DNA of 58,695 nucleotides from an uncultured Mucilaginibacter sp. (GTDB lineage Bacteria; Bacteroidota; Bacteroidia; Sphingobacteriales; Sphingobacteriaceae), in contig CAZZVO010000001.1 in NCBI GenBank assembly GCA_964657505.1, forward strand, positions 1-58,695. Reading direction: 5' to 3'. Shown here one piece after another: positions 48,480 to 56,598 of this stretch (position 1 is its first letter; each line of letters starts with the position of its first letter). Both the position numbers and the translations under genes were made by a program. The notes under the pieces are model-generated. The model searched no databases. It saw only the letters and a program-made list of their open reading frames with translations, and was not told the origin of the DNA.

Positions 48480-49397
48480 ATGTCTAATAAAGAAATGTTG
48501 TTGCGTTACAGTGCCATTGTTAAAAGACTAGAAAAATCACCAGCAACACTAAAAGAAATTGAAGCTGCTTTAGAAAGGGAATCAGAGCTTCATGGAATTG
48601 ATCTGAAAGTTTCTAAAAAAACTATCGAGCGGGACCGGCTTGCCATAAATTTAGTCTATAAAAGAAGCATCCAATTTAATTTTTCAAAGAAGAAATATGA
48701 AATTGATAAAGTTGAAAACGAACAATACAGCGCCCGTTTATTAGAAGCTTTTGATATTTATAACGCTTTAAATGTAAATGCAGCTTTAGCAAACCATCTC
48801 GAATTTAAGCAGCAAAAACCTTTAGGCTTGGAAAACTTTCACGGTTTATTACATGCTATTAAAAATAGGTTGCAAGTAAATATCGGCTACCAAACTTTTG
48901 AACATGAAGGGCCAAGTTTAAGAAAAACCAATCCTTATTTTTTAAAAGAATTTAAAAACCGATGGTATTTAATTGCGAAAGACTTGAAAGGTGAAATCCT
49001 AAAAACTTATGGTTTGGATAGGATTACCGAAATAGAAATTACCAAAAAGAAATTCACTTTTCCTGTTGATAAAAACCCGAAAGAAAAATTTCAGCACAGT
49101 TTTGGGGTCATCGATTCGGTTGACGGTTCCGTTCCCGAAATTGTCGTTTTATCTTTTACACCAAAACAAGGCAAATACATTAAAACGTTGCCTTTGCACC
49201 ACAGCCAGGAAATTTTAATTGATAACGCGGAGGAGCTGCGCATCCGGTTAAAAGTATATATTGCTTTTGATTTTATTAAAGAGGTGCTTTCTTATGGTGA
49301 TGCCGTGAAGGTTATAGAACCGGCATCTTTAATTGATACGGTAAAAGAAGTATATCGGAGGGCGTTGGAGCGTTACGACGATCATGGAATCAAATAA
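48480..49397 (+). CDS. HTH-WYL-WCX transcriptional regulator
   Basis: SKKTIERD HTH, PYFLKEFKNRWYLIA, TYGLDRI, LPLHHSQ, VLSYGDAVKVIEP. Confidence 0.93.
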   Translation: MSNKEMLLRYSAIVKRLEKSPATLKEIEAALERESELHGIDLKVSKKTIERDRLAINLVYKRSIQFNFSKKKYEIDKVENEQYSARLLEAFDIYNALNVNAALANHLEFKQQKPLGLENFHGLLHAIKNRLQVNIGYQTFEHEGPSLRKTNPYFLKEFKNRWYLIAKDLKGEILKTYGLDRITEIEITKKKFTFPVDKNPKEKFQHSFGVIDSVDGSVPEIVVLSFTPKQGKYIKTLPLHHSQEILIDNAEELRIRLKVYIAFDFIKEVLSYGDAVKVIEPASLIDTVKEVYRRALERYDDHGIK

Positions 49398-49439
49398 ATT
49401 TGAAAATAATAATATTATCAAGTGTAAAACAAATAATAA

Positions 49440-51257
49440 ATGGAATCGGATATAAATAAAGGCTTTTCAATAAGCGCAAAAACTTGTACTTTAAAGGTTA
49501 ATAAGCAAGAAAATGGAGATAAAATTTTGGGAAGTAACAAGCATTATATTATTCCAATTTATCAACGTCATTATTCTTGGAAGGATGAACAGATAAGAAA
49601 ATTCCTTACAGATATTTTTATTTCTTATTGGGGAAATGAAGGAGATATAGTCGAGGGAGAGCCTATGTTTATTGGTACAATGCAGCTTTCTGATAAAAAG
49701 AATGGCAATCAGCAAGATATAATTGACGGCCAGCAACGTCTAACAACTTTCTTAATTCTATTGAAAGTATTAAAACATAAATTTTCAAATTGTAAAGAGT
49801 TGCAAGAAATTACTTTAGATTGGCTTAGCACAAGAGTAAACAACGGAACACAACAAGCTTATTTAGATGAATTTCTTAACGGTGATTTAGTTTACAATAA
49901 TGAAACGAAAAATCCCTATTTAAGAAACGCGTCTTTAATAAATGAGATAATAAATGAACATATCGGAGATGAAGAAGTTAACTCAATAGTTTTTGAGATA
50001 AACAAATTTGTTGAACATTTATTAAAAAATATCTATTTTGTAGTAATAGAAACCCGTGCCGGTCTTTCCAAAACATTACAAATTTTTAATGCGATAAACA
50101 CAACAGGTCTCGATTTAAATGGTGGCGACATTTTTAAAATAAAAATGTATGAGTATTTAAGAGATAAAAAAGGTTTAGGTGAAAGTTCATTTGATGAAAT
50201 AAGCAGGCTTTATGAAAAAATAGATAAACTTAACGCACAACTTATAAACGGTAAAATAAATATAACCAACATTTTAAGTATCTATCAATATATTTTAATT
50301 GCCAAATATAATCTTCCTAACATCCTTTATTCGTTTGGAACAGATACATTTTTTGAACGACTATTCGATACCATTTTCAATATTAATCCATCCGAGCATT
50401 TTAAAAGTAATGTAAAAGATATTGAACTTTCATTAGAAGATATAGAAAGTATAATTAATGTTAGATATGAATGGGAAAATGATTGGATAAGTAAAAATCG
50501 TTTCAAATTTGAAGATGTTTGCGCCAGACATTTTATTGGATTATCAAGGTATAGTCGATATTGGATACTAGCATTTGTCTTTTTATATCAATTTAAAGAT
50601 GAAGAAGATGTTTGGGACAAGATGTTACATTTTATAAGACAATTAAGTAAGTTGTATATAATTTATAGTGTTCGTTTCTTTAAAGTAGTTAATGATGTTC
50701 ACACATTCACTTATTCATTAATGAAAGACATTACAAACAAATCATTTGATGAAGTTATTAGTTCAATCAATAACAAAATCGGTAAACTGGAGAATCATAA
50801 AAGCGGTGGAGACTTTGAAGGCATCTTAACAGGTAACATTGCTGATAATGCTAAAGTTAAGAATATCATTTGCAGGCTGTCAGCTATGCTTGAAGAAGAC
50901 TACCAAACCAACGAAAAAGAAAAAATAAAAGTTATCGAAAATAATTTATTTGGACTACCTATTGACATTGAGCACATCCAATCATATCATGACAGTAACG
51001 GGAAAATAAGAGAAGATATATGGGAAAAATGGGGAGTAAACATCAATTCGATAGGAAATTTGATGGTTTTGGAGCAAAAAACTAATCGCTCTATTGGTAA
51101 TAAACCATATGATGTAAAAATTAAAAGTTACTCTTCAAGTTCATTTTCGATTGTGAAGCAACAAGGGAAAGATTATTCTCATTGGGATTTAGAAAACTGC
51201 AAAAAAAGAAAGGAAAAAGAAAAGAGTAAAATTATCAAGTATATTTTTAACAACTAA
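49440..51257 (+). CDS. GmrSD-like DUF262 + DUF1524 (HNH-type) nuclease
   Basis: IPIYQRHYSW, IIDGQQRLTT, IFNAINTTG, C-terminal IDIEHI...SIGNLMVL...N; strongly AT-rich. Confidence 0.88.
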   Translation: MESDINKGFSISAKTCTLKVNKQENGDKILGSNKHYIIPIYQRHYSWKDEQIRKFLTDIFISYWGNEGDIVEGEPMFIGTMQLSDKKNGNQQDIIDGQQRLTTFLILLKVLKHKFSNCKELQEITLDWLSTRVNNGTQQAYLDEFLNGDLVYNNETKNPYLRNASLINEIINEHIGDEEVNSIVFEINKFVEHLLKNIYFVVIETRAGLSKTLQIFNAINTTGLDLNGGDIFKIKMYEYLRDKKGLGESSFDEISRLYEKIDKLNAQLINGKINITNILSIYQYILIAKYNLPNILYSFGTDTFFERLFDTIFNINPSEHFKSNVKDIELSLEDIESIINVRYEWENDWISKNRFKFEDVCARHFIGLSRYSRYWILAFVFLYQFKDEEDVWDKMLHFIRQLSKLYIIYSVRFFKVVNDVHTFTYSLMKDITNKSFDEVISSINNKIGKLENHKSGGDFEGILTGNIADNAKVKNIICRLSAMLEEDYQTNEKEKIKVIENNLFGLPIDIEHIQSYHDSNGKIREDIWEKWGVNINSIGNLMVLEQKTNRSIGNKPYDVKIKSYSSSSFSIVKQQGKDYSHWDLENCKKRKEKEKSKIIKYIFNN

Positions 51258-51403
51258 AAAGGTAACACTAATTTTATTATTTGCGAATTGGATGGTTGCA
51301 AAAAAGAATATTTATAGTACAGGAACGATTTAAGCTTTCACATACTTATTTTTATCACCTAAAAAACCAAACCACTATCTTTGCCGCCTTATAAAAACAA
51401 AAC

Positions 51404-52660
51404 ATGCACGTTTCCAACCTCGCCCAAAACCTTCACGGTTCTGAAATTATTAAAATTGCCGGCGAAATCAATGAATTGAAAAAGAAAGGCGAGCAGATTG
51501 CCAATTTAACCATCGGCGATTTTGATTCTTCAATTTTTCCCATTCCGGAGGAATTAAAGGAGTTGATTATTAAAGCTTACGAAGCGCATCAAACTAATTA
51601 TCCGCCAGCAGATGGCGTTTTAGCCTTGCGCGAAAGTGTTGCTGCGTTTTTAAAATCCAGCTTCAATTTAGATTATAGCACGAACGAAATCATCATTTCT
51701 GGTGGTTCGCGTCCGCTGATTTATGCTATTTATTTAGCGTTGGTAAACGAAGGCGACAAAGTAGTTTTCCCGTCGCCATCGTGGAACAATAACCATTACT
51801 GCGATTTGTTGCGTGCGGAAGCGGTCATCATCCCAACGCAACCCAAAAATAATTTTATGCCAACCGCCGCAGATTTACAGCCGAATTTAAAAGGTGCTGC
51901 GCTGCTTTCGCTGTGTTCGCCATTGAATCCAACGGGAACAATGTTTTTAAAAGAAGACCTGGAAGCGATTTGTGATCTGGTAATTGAAGAAAATAAAAGC
52001 CGCAGCAAAAGCGAAAAACCGTTATATATTTTGTACGATCAAATCTACTCGCAATTAACTTTTGGTGAATATCAGCACTTTAATCCGGTTTCTTTACGGC
52101 CGGAATTGCGCGATTATGTGGTTTTTGTGGATGGAAGCTCCAAGTGTTTTGCCGCAACCGGCGTTCGCGTGGGTTGGGGATTTGGTCCGGCAGCTATCAT
52201 CAATTATATGAAAGCTATTATTGGGCACATGGGCGCGTGGTCGCCAAAACCAGAGCAGGTTGCCATGTCGCAGTTTTTGCAGGAAGATGAAGCGGTTGCA
52301 ACTTACCTCGCTGCTTTCAAACAGAAAATCCAAAAAAGTTTAGACACTTTATACCGAGGTTTCATCAGCCTAAAAGAAAAAGGTTTTGCGGTAGATGCGA
52401 TTGAACCAATGGGCGCGATTTACTTAACTTTAAAAGTAGATTATGCCGGAAAAACCACGCCCGATAGAAAATTGCTCGAAACTTCCACCGATATTAATTT
52501 TTACCTGATAAAAGAAGCACAAGTAGCTTTGGTTCCGTTTTCTGCTTTTGGTGCAGAGGCTGATGTAAACTGGTTTCGGGCATCGCTTGGCGCAAGTACG
52601 GTGCAAGATATCGAAGAAATGTTGCCGCGGATTGAAGCAGCTTTGGCTAAGTTGGAATAA
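51404..52660 (+). CDS. PLP-dependent class I/II aminotransferase
   Basis: SPLNPTG, YDQIY, SSKCFAATGVRVGW. Confidence 0.9.
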   Translation: MHVSNLAQNLHGSEIIKIAGEINELKKKGEQIANLTIGDFDSSIFPIPEELKELIIKAYEAHQTNYPPADGVLALRESVAAFLKSSFNLDYSTNEIIISGGSRPLIYAIYLALVNEGDKVVFPSPSWNNNHYCDLLRAEAVIIPTQPKNNFMPTAADLQPNLKGAALLSLCSPLNPTGTMFLKEDLEAICDLVIEENKSRSKSEKPLYILYDQIYSQLTFGEYQHFNPVSLRPELRDYVVFVDGSSKCFAATGVRVGWGFGPAAIINYMKAIIGHMGAWSPKPEQVAMSQFLQEDEAVATYLAAFKQKIQKSLDTLYRGFISLKEKGFAVDAIEPMGAIYLTLKVDYAGKTTPDRKLLETSTDINFYLIKEAQVALVPFSAFGAEADVNWFRASLGASTVQDIEEMLPRIEAALAKLE

Positions 52661-52688
52661 GTTGAGGGTTTTAGGTTGCCCTTCAGCT

Positions 52689-52809
52689 TTGTCATAATTC
52701 GCTGTTCTGCCGACCAAAGGACGAAATGATAATGCACAGATTTGTCCCAATAAAAGAAGTATTCGAAACCTTCTCTTTAAAGAAGATTACTCTTCGTTCG
52801 GAATGACAA
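52689..52809. repeat. Degenerate REP-like element
   Basis: Right arm GAAGATTACTCTTCGTTCGGAATGACA nearly identical to 21121-21149; left end TTGTCAT; contains ATAAAAGAAGTAT. Confidence 0.7.
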
Positions 52810-52824
52810 CGGCCATACTTCTTT

Positions 52825-53571
52825 CTAATATAGCTTTGTCAGCGGCGGCAAACCTTTTCCTTCTTTAAAACCTTGTGCCGATTTTTTGATGTAATTGATT
52901 AAATCGTAATCGTTCCAGGCTGTAAGCTGATCAAGACTTGGGCGATAAGAATCCATAAAAGGCTGTAATTGTTCTTCCGTTAAGTCTGTAAGCCTTTTTA
53001 CAACTTCTTTATTAAACCGCTTGTCAATTTTTATTTGCTCGGTCTCCAGCTTAGAAAACTCCTGAAAATGCTTTGCCTGCCGGGGCGTTTTACCAAAAAG
53101 TTCATAAAAACCAGTTATCGGAGAGCCACTAATCGGACTAAATAAGCGTAATGGTGGTTTGCCGTTGAAAAAACTTCCCTGAGCGCGATAATGGCTCATC
53201 GCTTCGTCTAATTCCTGCTTTTTAGTCTGCCCAACAATCCGAACTTCATTCAATTGGATAACAGGCGACATCTGCACAACTACATCTTTTTGATCTGCAA
53301 CAACATAAAAATATTCGGCGTAATCTTTTTTGGAAATTTTAACCGTATCGCCAACATTTACTTTGATGCTAAACCAGCCCAAATCACTGCTGGCTACCGT
53401 AATTTTATTGTTTTTGTTAGCAACGAGCGCATTGGCAACGCGCTGTCCGTTTTGCCTGTGGAAGATAACACCTTTCAGCAAAAATTCCTGCTGTGCAAAA
53501 GCAGTATAACTACTGCAAACACAAACAAATAGCAACAAAAATTTAAAGCCAGGGGAAATATTTTTTAACAT
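52825..53571 (-). CDS. Secreted protein with carboxypeptidase-regulatory-like domain
   Basis: Signal peptide, LKGVIF...G.FSIKV..GDT...QLNEVRI; paralog-like to 13464-14147. Confidence 0.7.
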   Translation of the reverse strand: MLKNISPGFKFLLLFVCVCSSYTAFAQQEFLLKGVIFHRQNGQRVANALVANKNNKITVASSDLGWFSIKVNVGDTVKISKKDYAEYFYVVADQKDVVVQMSPVIQLNEVRIVGQTKKQELDEAMSHYRAQGSFFNGKPPLRLFSPISGSPITGFYELFGKTPRQAKHFQEFSKLETEQIKIDKRFNKEVVKRLTDLTEEQLQPFMDSYRPSLDQLTAWNDYDLINYIKKSAQGFKEGKGLPPLTKLY

Positions 53572-53716
53572 CGCCACAAACTTACTAAAACCAAAAACGA
53601 GTTGATGTTAAACTATGTTAATTGCCAGTTTTAGGCCGATAAAAACAGTATCGGCATATTTACAGGCTTAGTTTTGGTAAAACTTTAGCCATCCTGATTA
53701 ATTTTTATCTTTGGGG

Positions 53717-54592
53717 ATGATTAAATCCATGACTGGTTTTGGCTTAGTGAGCCAGGATCTTGGAAACGTAAAATATACGGTCGAAATTAAATCCCTCAAC
53801 AGTAAATTCCTCGAACTGTCTGTTAAACTTCCCCGCGCTTTTGCCGAAAAAGAATTTGAACTGCGCAACGAATGCAGTCGGTTATTGGAACGCGGCAAAG
53901 TAAACCTTAGCATAAATACAGAACAAAACGATGCCAAAAGTGCTGCTTTAGGTATTGATGTAGTTTTGCTTCAACAATATTTAAGGCAGCTAAAAGAAGT
54001 AAGTGAAACGGTTAATTTGCCTGCCGATAATTTACTGCAACTGGCTTTGACTTTGCCGGAAGTGATGAAATATCAGGAAGAAAAAGCATCCGAAGATGAA
54101 TGGAAAGCCGTAGCCCAACTTTTTAAAAAAGCTGTTGATGCGTTCCAGCAATTCCGATTGGACGAAGGAAATGTTTTGGAAAATGATTTAAAACTGCGCA
54201 TCAGTATTATCCTCGAAAATCTGTCTAAAGTAGAAATTGAAGAACCTGTACGGATCATCACCATAAAAGAACGTTTAAAAAACTTTTTGGCAGAAGCTGT
54301 TGGCCGCGAAAATATCGACCAAAACCGTTTCGAGCAGGAATTAATCTATTATATTGATAAACTGGACATTACGGAAGAGAAAATCAGGCTGAAAACGCAT
54401 TGTGATTATTTTCTGGAAACGTTAAAAAGTGCAGATGCGAACGGTAAAAAATTAGGTTTCATCGCGCAGGAAATTGGCCGCGAAGTAAATACTTTGGGTT
54501 CTAAAGCCAATAATGCCACGATACAAAAGCTGGTGGTTGGCATGAAAGAAGAATTGGAAAAGATGAAGGAACAACTGCTAAATGTGCTTTAG
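53717..54592 (+). CDS. yicC: YicC family endoribonuclease
   Basis: MIKSMTGFG, EIKSLNSK, KLDITEE..RL..H, GKKLGFIAQEIGREVNTLGSK. Confidence 0.92.
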   Translation: MIKSMTGFGLVSQDLGNVKYTVEIKSLNSKFLELSVKLPRAFAEKEFELRNECSRLLERGKVNLSINTEQNDAKSAALGIDVVLLQQYLRQLKEVSETVNLPADNLLQLALTLPEVMKYQEEKASEDEWKAVAQLFKKAVDAFQQFRLDEGNVLENDLKLRISIILENLSKVEIEEPVRIITIKERLKNFLAEAVGRENIDQNRFEQELIYYIDKLDITEEKIRLKTHCDYFLETLKSADANGKKLGFIAQEIGREVNTLGSKANNATIQKLVVGMKEELEKMKEQLLNVL

Positions 54593-54595
54593 GCA

Positions 54596-54691
54596 ATGGT
54601 TTATAGATAATAGTTCATGGATCATAGAAGCTACTATCAAACATAAACTGCTAACAATGAGCTATCAACCATGAACCAAAAACCATGAACC
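54596..54691. repeat. Heptamer-periodic inverted repeat element
   Basis: ATGGTTT ATAGATA ATAGTTC ATGGATC ... ATGAGCT ATCAACC ATGAACC AAAAACC ATGAACC; second copy at 55860-55908. Confidence 0.7.
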
Positions 54692-55257
54692 CAAACGGCA
54701 AACTCATCATATTTTCTGCGCCTTCCGGAGCTGGCAAAACTACTATTGTGCATCATTTGTTAAGCAAATTTCCGGATTTGGAGTTTTCGATTTCTGCCAC
54801 AACGCGGAAGCCGCGCGGCGATGAGCAGCATGGAAAAGATTATTACTTTATTTCGCAAACAGAATTTTTGCACCGCATTGCGCAGAAAGAATTTGTGGAG
54901 TTTGAGGAAGTTTATTCGGGAACGTTTTACGGTACTTTACGCGGAGAAATTGAGCGCATTTGGAACAATGGCAAGCACGTTATTTTTGATATCGACGTGG
55001 TTGGCGGTTTGCATTTGAAGCGGAAATATGACGGAAAAGCACTGGCCATTTTTGTACAGCCGCCGTCATTAGAGGTTTTGGTTGAAAGGCTGAGCGGACG
55101 CGGAACAGACACTGAAGAAAAACTGCAGGAACGTTACGCCAAAGCCGAAAAAGAACTGAATTACGCGCCGCAATTTGATGTGATCCTAAAAAACTACGAA
55201 CTGGACATTGCCTGTAAAGAAGCAGAAAAATTAGTGGCCGGTTTTATTGGCCGTTAA
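54685..55257 (+). CDS. gmk: Guanylate kinase
   Basis: SAPSGAGKTT, SISATTRKPR, GKDYYF, YGT. Confidence 0.96.
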   Translation: MNPNGKLIIFSAPSGAGKTTIVHHLLSKFPDLEFSISATTRKPRGDEQHGKDYYFISQTEFLHRIAQKEFVEFEEVYSGTFYGTLRGEIERIWNNGKHVIFDIDVVGGLHLKRKYDGKALAIFVQPPSLEVLVERLSGRGTDTEEKLQERYAKAEKELNYAPQFDVILKNYELDIACKEAEKLVAGFIGR

Positions 55258-55281
55258 ACATATTACCCTGATAAAAGAAGC

Positions 55282-55854
55282 ATGAAGATTGGTTTGTTTT
55301 TCGGCTCGTTTAACCCCATCCACACTGGTCATTTGATTATTGCGAGTTACATGGCCAACTACACCAACCTGGACAAAGTCTGGCTGATTGTTTCGCCACA
55401 TAATCCCCTAAAAAAAGCAAGCGATTTGATCAATACGTATGATCGTTTAGAAATGGCCAAGCTTGCAACCGAAACTTCAACCCAAATTGAAGTAAGCGAT
55501 ATCGAACTGAAACTGCCACGCCCATCTTACACGATTGATACCTTAATTCATCTGCAAGAAAAATTCTCGCAACATCAATTTGCGCTGATTATGGGTTCTG
55601 ATAATTTAAACTCCTTGCAAAAGTGGAAAAATTACGAAATCCTGCTGCGTGATTACCAGATTTATGTTTACCCACGACCAGGTTTTGCAAATACTGTTTT
55701 TAACAAGCATTCTTCGGTAACGATTACCAATACGCCGCTGATTGAAATTTCTTCCACTTTTATCCGCAAATCCATCTCCCAGAAAAAGAATGTACAATAC
55801 TTTTTACCGGATAAAGTGCTGGAATTTATTGATAGTAAAAACTTGTACAGGTAA
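55282..55854 (+). CDS. nadD: Nicotinate-nucleotide adenylyltransferase
   Basis: FFGSFNPIHTGH, PSYTIDT, IMGSD, ISSTFIR. Confidence 0.96.
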   Translation: MKIGLFFGSFNPIHTGHLIIASYMANYTNLDKVWLIVSPHNPLKKASDLINTYDRLEMAKLATETSTQIEVSDIELKLPRPSYTIDTLIHLQEKFSQHQFALIMGSDNLNSLQKWKNYEILLRDYQIYVYPRPGFANTVFNKHSSVTITNTPLIEISSTFIRKSISQKKNVQYFLPDKVLEFIDSKNLYR

Positions 55855-55859
55855 TGTTG

Positions 55860-55908
55860 GTAGTTCATCGTTCATAGTAGCTACAACATGAACTATAAAC
55901 CATCAACA
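55860..55908. repeat. Heptamer-periodic inverted repeat element
   Basis: GTAGTTC ATCGTTC ATAGTAG ctacaac ATGAACT ATAAACC ATCAACA. Confidence 0.65.
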
Positions 55909-55940
55909 AAAAACCTTCTCCCTTTCACTATCTTTGTTTT

Positions 55941-56540
55941 GTGAGCGAGAAAACCATTCTAAAACTGCAATTGCCAACCGACCCGCAATGGGTTACCAAT
56001 GTGGTGCAAAGCAATATCGAAGAAATTTTAACCGATCATGCTTTTTGCGAGCAAAAGGCTGCAAGCAATGCCATTACTTTAATCGTTCAAAACCCAAATT
56101 TATCGGATTTGGTACAGGAAATGGTGCAATTAGCGCAGGAAGAATTAGATCATTTTAAACGCGTTCATGACCTGATTTTGCAGCGCGGTTATGTTTTAGG
56201 CCGCGAACGGAAAGACAACTACGTAAACGAACTGGCCAAATTTATTATTAAAGGCGGCGGACGGGAAGCGCAATTGATTGACCGTTTACTGTTTTCGGCA
56301 ATGATTGAAGCCAGAAGTTGCGAACGTTTTAAAGTAATGTCCGAACATATCCACGACGCCGAACTTGCCGCTTTTTACCACGAATTAATGGTGAGTGAAG
56401 CTGGCCATTATTCAATGTTCATCCGTTTGGCTAAAAAGTATTCGGTTACAATTGATGTGGAAAGCCGCTGGAAATCGTTCTTAGAATACGAGGCTCAAGT
56501 GGTTCAGAATTATGGTAAAGCTGAAACGATTCACGGTTAG
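55941..56540 (+). CDS. miaE: tRNA-(ms2io6A37) hydroxylase (GTG start)
   Basis: DHAFCEQKAA, EELDHF, IEARSCERF, SEAGHY diiron motifs. Confidence 0.92.
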   Translation: MSEKTILKLQLPTDPQWVTNVVQSNIEEILTDHAFCEQKAASNAITLIVQNPNLSDLVQEMVQLAQEELDHFKRVHDLILQRGYVLGRERKDNYVNELAKFIIKGGGREAQLIDRLLFSAMIEARSCERFKVMSEHIHDAELAAFYHELMVSEAGHYSMFIRLAKKYSVTIDVESRWKSFLEYEAQVVQNYGKAETIHG

Positions 56541-56570
56541 CCTCACCTAAATCCTCTCGAAATGGAGAAG
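56537..56570. repeat. Short REP-like element, inverted relative to 2124-2157
   Basis: TTAGCCTCACCTAAATCCTCTCGAAATGGAGAAG. Confidence 0.5.
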
Positions 56571-56598
56571 ACTTCCCGTTCTATCAACCGTACTTCTT

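Noticed and set aside
55271-55284. AAAAGAAG as a ribosome-binding site or promoter element
   Set aside because: It abuts a start codon in sense orientation only at nadD. Most copies are at 3' ends, antisense, or mid-gene.
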